Both the position numbers and the translations under genes were made by a program. A stretch of DNA of 64,000 nucleotides from Chloroflexota bacterium (GTDB lineage: Bacteria; Chloroflexota; UBA11872; UBA12225; JAJDUF01), in the NCBI GenBank assembly GCA_965214295.1, contig OZ243944.1, positions 917,099 to 981,098 on the forward strand, given 5' to 3'. Position 1 is the stretch's first letter; the number at the start of each line of letters is the position of its first letter. Below are positions 62,336-64,000 of this stretch, piece by piece. The notes under the pieces are model-generated. The model did not search any database, was not told the DNA's origin, and was given only the letters and a program-made list of their open reading frames with translations.

Positions 62336-64000
62336 ATGGCAGCAGACGAGCACCCGCCACCCACCACGGACTCCGGTTCGTCGTGGCGCTTCGTGCCGGT
62401 GGATTCAGCCGACGACCCGGCGGACCTGCTCCGCCGAATTGCAGCCGAGCAAGCGCCACGGGTCTGCCTGGTCGCCGTCGGAGCGGTCCCGGCCCTGCAG
62501 AGGCCGACCGTCCTGCGGGCGCTACGCAGTCGAGCCGCCGCTGGGCAGATTACGCTAGGCCTTGCTACTCACGACCAGAGACTACTCGGGATGGCGCAGG
62601 CGGCCGGTTGGGAAATATTGTCCATTGACGCCACGGAACTGGCGGCGGCAAGCGGTACCGATCCCCGCCGCCAGCGCAGCGGCAGGAGGCCAAGCAGACC
62701 ACCGCGCCAAGCAGCAGAGCCAGCACCAGCGCAGCAGGAGCAACCGCGCACGGCGGCAGAGGCGTTGGCGGCCGTCGCTGCCGGCTCGTCGGCGCGTCTA
62801 CGGAGCGCCCGGACGGGGAGACGGTCGCAGGAAACCATGCGGTCAGCGCGGCAGCCGCAGGAAACTACGCGGCCCGTCCGGGATAACTCCCGCCGCGTCG
62901 CGGTCGACACTACCGCCGCGGCAGTCGAGCGCGATGATCCCCGGCCGGCGTCGGCACCACGGATCACATGGCGGCCCGTCTTGGCTGCCGTCCTCACGGT
63001 CGTGTTGCTGGTCGCTGGCATGTTCTTTGGCCTCCCTAACGCTCGTGTGACGCTCCAGACGATGCCGGTGGAGTTCAAGTCCGACATGACCCTGATTGCC
63101 GATGCGCGGGTGCGTGGGATAGGTGTCGCCGATGGCAAGCTGCCGGCGCAGGTCGTGTCCGTAGAAGCATCCGAAAGCCTGGAAATCCCCACGACGGGCC
63201 AGGACGCCGTGCCGGACCGAAAAGCCACCGGCGAGGTGTTCTTTACGAACAAACTCAGTAGCCGGGTCGTCGTGCCGCTAGGAACGGTCGTGCAGGCCGG
63301 AGCCGGTCAGAGCCGCACGGATGGTGGGAGGGGTGGTGCGGCTTTGACCGGTGTCGTCAGCTTTGTGACGACCGACGAGGTGGTCATCCCCGGCAGCGTC
63401 ACGACCGGATCGCAGCAGAGCTTTGGGGTCGGCCGCGCCAAGATCGAGGCGGTGACCGGCGGCACGGCCGGAAACGTCGCCCCGGAAGCGATCAAGGCAG
63501 TTGCTGGGCCGTTGAGTGAGAGCCTGGTGGTGCGGAATGACGAACCGACCCAAGGCGGCACCGACCGGGAAGTACGCTTCGTCACGGCCGGAGATCGCCA
63601 GCAACTCTACAACACGCTGCTGGCTACGCTGCAGGAGCAGGTCGAAACACGCCTGAGCGAGCGCGAGCGCAGCGGCGAATCGCTCGTCGTATGGCCCGAA
63701 CCCAACCCGGCCATCACCGAGGAGGTCTACGAGCCGGGGAAGGTGCGCGCCGAGGCCAACTCTGTGCGCCTCCGCATGAAAGTACGATACAGCGCCACGC
63801 AGTTCCGGGGGGACGACGTAAATCAACTGGTCAATGAAAAAATCGCCGCGCACGTGGCCAGCATTGCGCCCGGGTGGGTCGTGGTCAACGAGACGTTGCA
63901 GGTCTCGCCGCCGGTAGTAGAGCGCGTGGAGCTGGGCGGCGCAGTTCACATGCAGATTCAGGTCCGAGGACACCGCGAGCCGAACGTGGACGTAGGGCAA
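62336..64000 (+). CDS. large membrane-anchored protein, 3'-partial (runs off window); tentatively baseplate-J/gp47-like extracytoplasmic repeats
   Basis: My own translation: 555 codons from ATG 62336 to base 64000 with no stop. Absent from the supplied track. One TM (WRPVLAAVLTVVLLVAGMFFGL). ATGEVFFTN and GGTAGNVAPEAI motifs. The start could be further upstream (GTG 62156). Confidence 0.75.
   Translation, partial: MAADEHPPPTTDSGSSWRFVPVDSADDPADLLRRIAAEQAPRVCLVAVGAVPALQRPTVLRALRSRAAAGQITLGLATHDQRLLGMAQAAGWEILSIDATELAAASGTDPRRQRSGRRPSRPPRQAAEPAPAQQEQPRTAAEALAAVAAGSSARLRSARTGRRSQETMRSARQPQETTRPVRDNSRRVAVDTTAAAVERDDPRPASAPRITWRPVLAAVLTVVLLVAGMFFGLPNARVTLQTMPVEFKSDMTLIADARVRGIGVADGKLPAQVVSVEASESLEIPTTGQDAVPDRKATGEVFFTNKLSSRVVVPLGTVVQAGAGQSRTDGGRGGAALTGVVSFVTTDEVVIPGSVTTGSQQSFGVGRAKIEAVTGGTAGNVAPEAIKAVAGPLSESLVVRNDEPTQGGTDREVRFVTAGDRQQLYNTLLATLQEQVETRLSERERSGESLVVWPEPNPAITEEVYEPGKVRAEANSVRLRMKVRYSATQFRGDDVNQLVNEKIAAHVASIAPGWVVVNETLQVSPPVVERVELGGAVHMQIQVRGHREPNVDVGQ
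63303..63351. repeat. E-type hairpin element in frame inside ORF 62336..64000
   Basis: CCGGTCAGAGCCGCAC-ggatggtgggaggggtg-GTGCGGCTTTGACCGG, 16-bp stem with one G-T pair. Translated as GQSRTDGGRGGAALT. Confidence 0.85.

Noticed and set aside
1-64000. Search for tRNA, rRNA, tmRNA and CRISPR arrays
   Set aside because: No GGTTCGAATCC-type T-arm motifs, rRNA-like stretches or short regular repeat-spacer arrays were seen by eye. Small RNAs cannot be excluded without tRNAscan-SE/Infernal.

Overview
High-GC bacterial chromosomal window, roughly two-thirds G+C by eye (not computed). Gene content and repeat style suggest a thermophilic Chloroflexota/Thermomicrobia-like lineage; that is inference only. 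Most of it is housekeeping. (1) A caa3-type haem-copper oxidase operon ctaC-D-E-F-ctaG lies at 1-5037. After a 5.8 kb interruption come its biogenesis genes at 10.8-14.6 kb: a cupredoxin, a fused ctaA-ctaB ORF and SCO. (2) hisB and a phosphatidylinositol-mannoside-like lipid cluster (CDP-alcohol transferase, PimA-like GT4, two HtrB-like acyltransferases) lie at 19.9-25.0 kb. (3) Citrate synthase, an MBL hydrolase and a PEP-mutase-family gene lie at 25-28 kb. (4) ruvX-mltG-pepP-efp-accB-like lies at 40.6-44.7 kb. (5) The rest includes several Gfo/Idh/MocA oxidoreductases, two PhyH dioxygenases, an ABC-2 exporter, an ECF sigma/anti-sigma pair, clpC and alaS. I saw no rRNA, tRNA or CRISPR array by eye. 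Most notable: (a) an accessory module at 30.7-33.9 kb. It has a Cys/Trp-rich secreted protein, three tandem paralogous membrane-anchored proteins with conserved ends and a divergent centre, each followed by a conserved hairpin spacer, and two superinfection-immunity-family membrane proteins. This is my best candidate for an undescribed system. (b) At least five families of short palindromic elements. One family (GCCGCAC-N17-GTGCGGC core with covarying outer stems) sits in frame inside coding sequences (alaS, a ManD-like gene, the ctaA-ctaB joint, and an ORF absent from the supplied track), reminiscent of Rickettsia palindromic elements. (c) A lower-GC islet at 5.9-8.1 kb with an uncharacterised nuclease-like protein and a DUF4258/DUF2283 pair. 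(d) A BCCP-like protein lacking the biotinyl-lysine, an amber-interrupted ManD-like gene, and a secreted protein with an Asp/Thr microsatellite tail. (e) A 555-codon open frame at 62336..64000 (+) that runs off the window and is missing from the ORF track.
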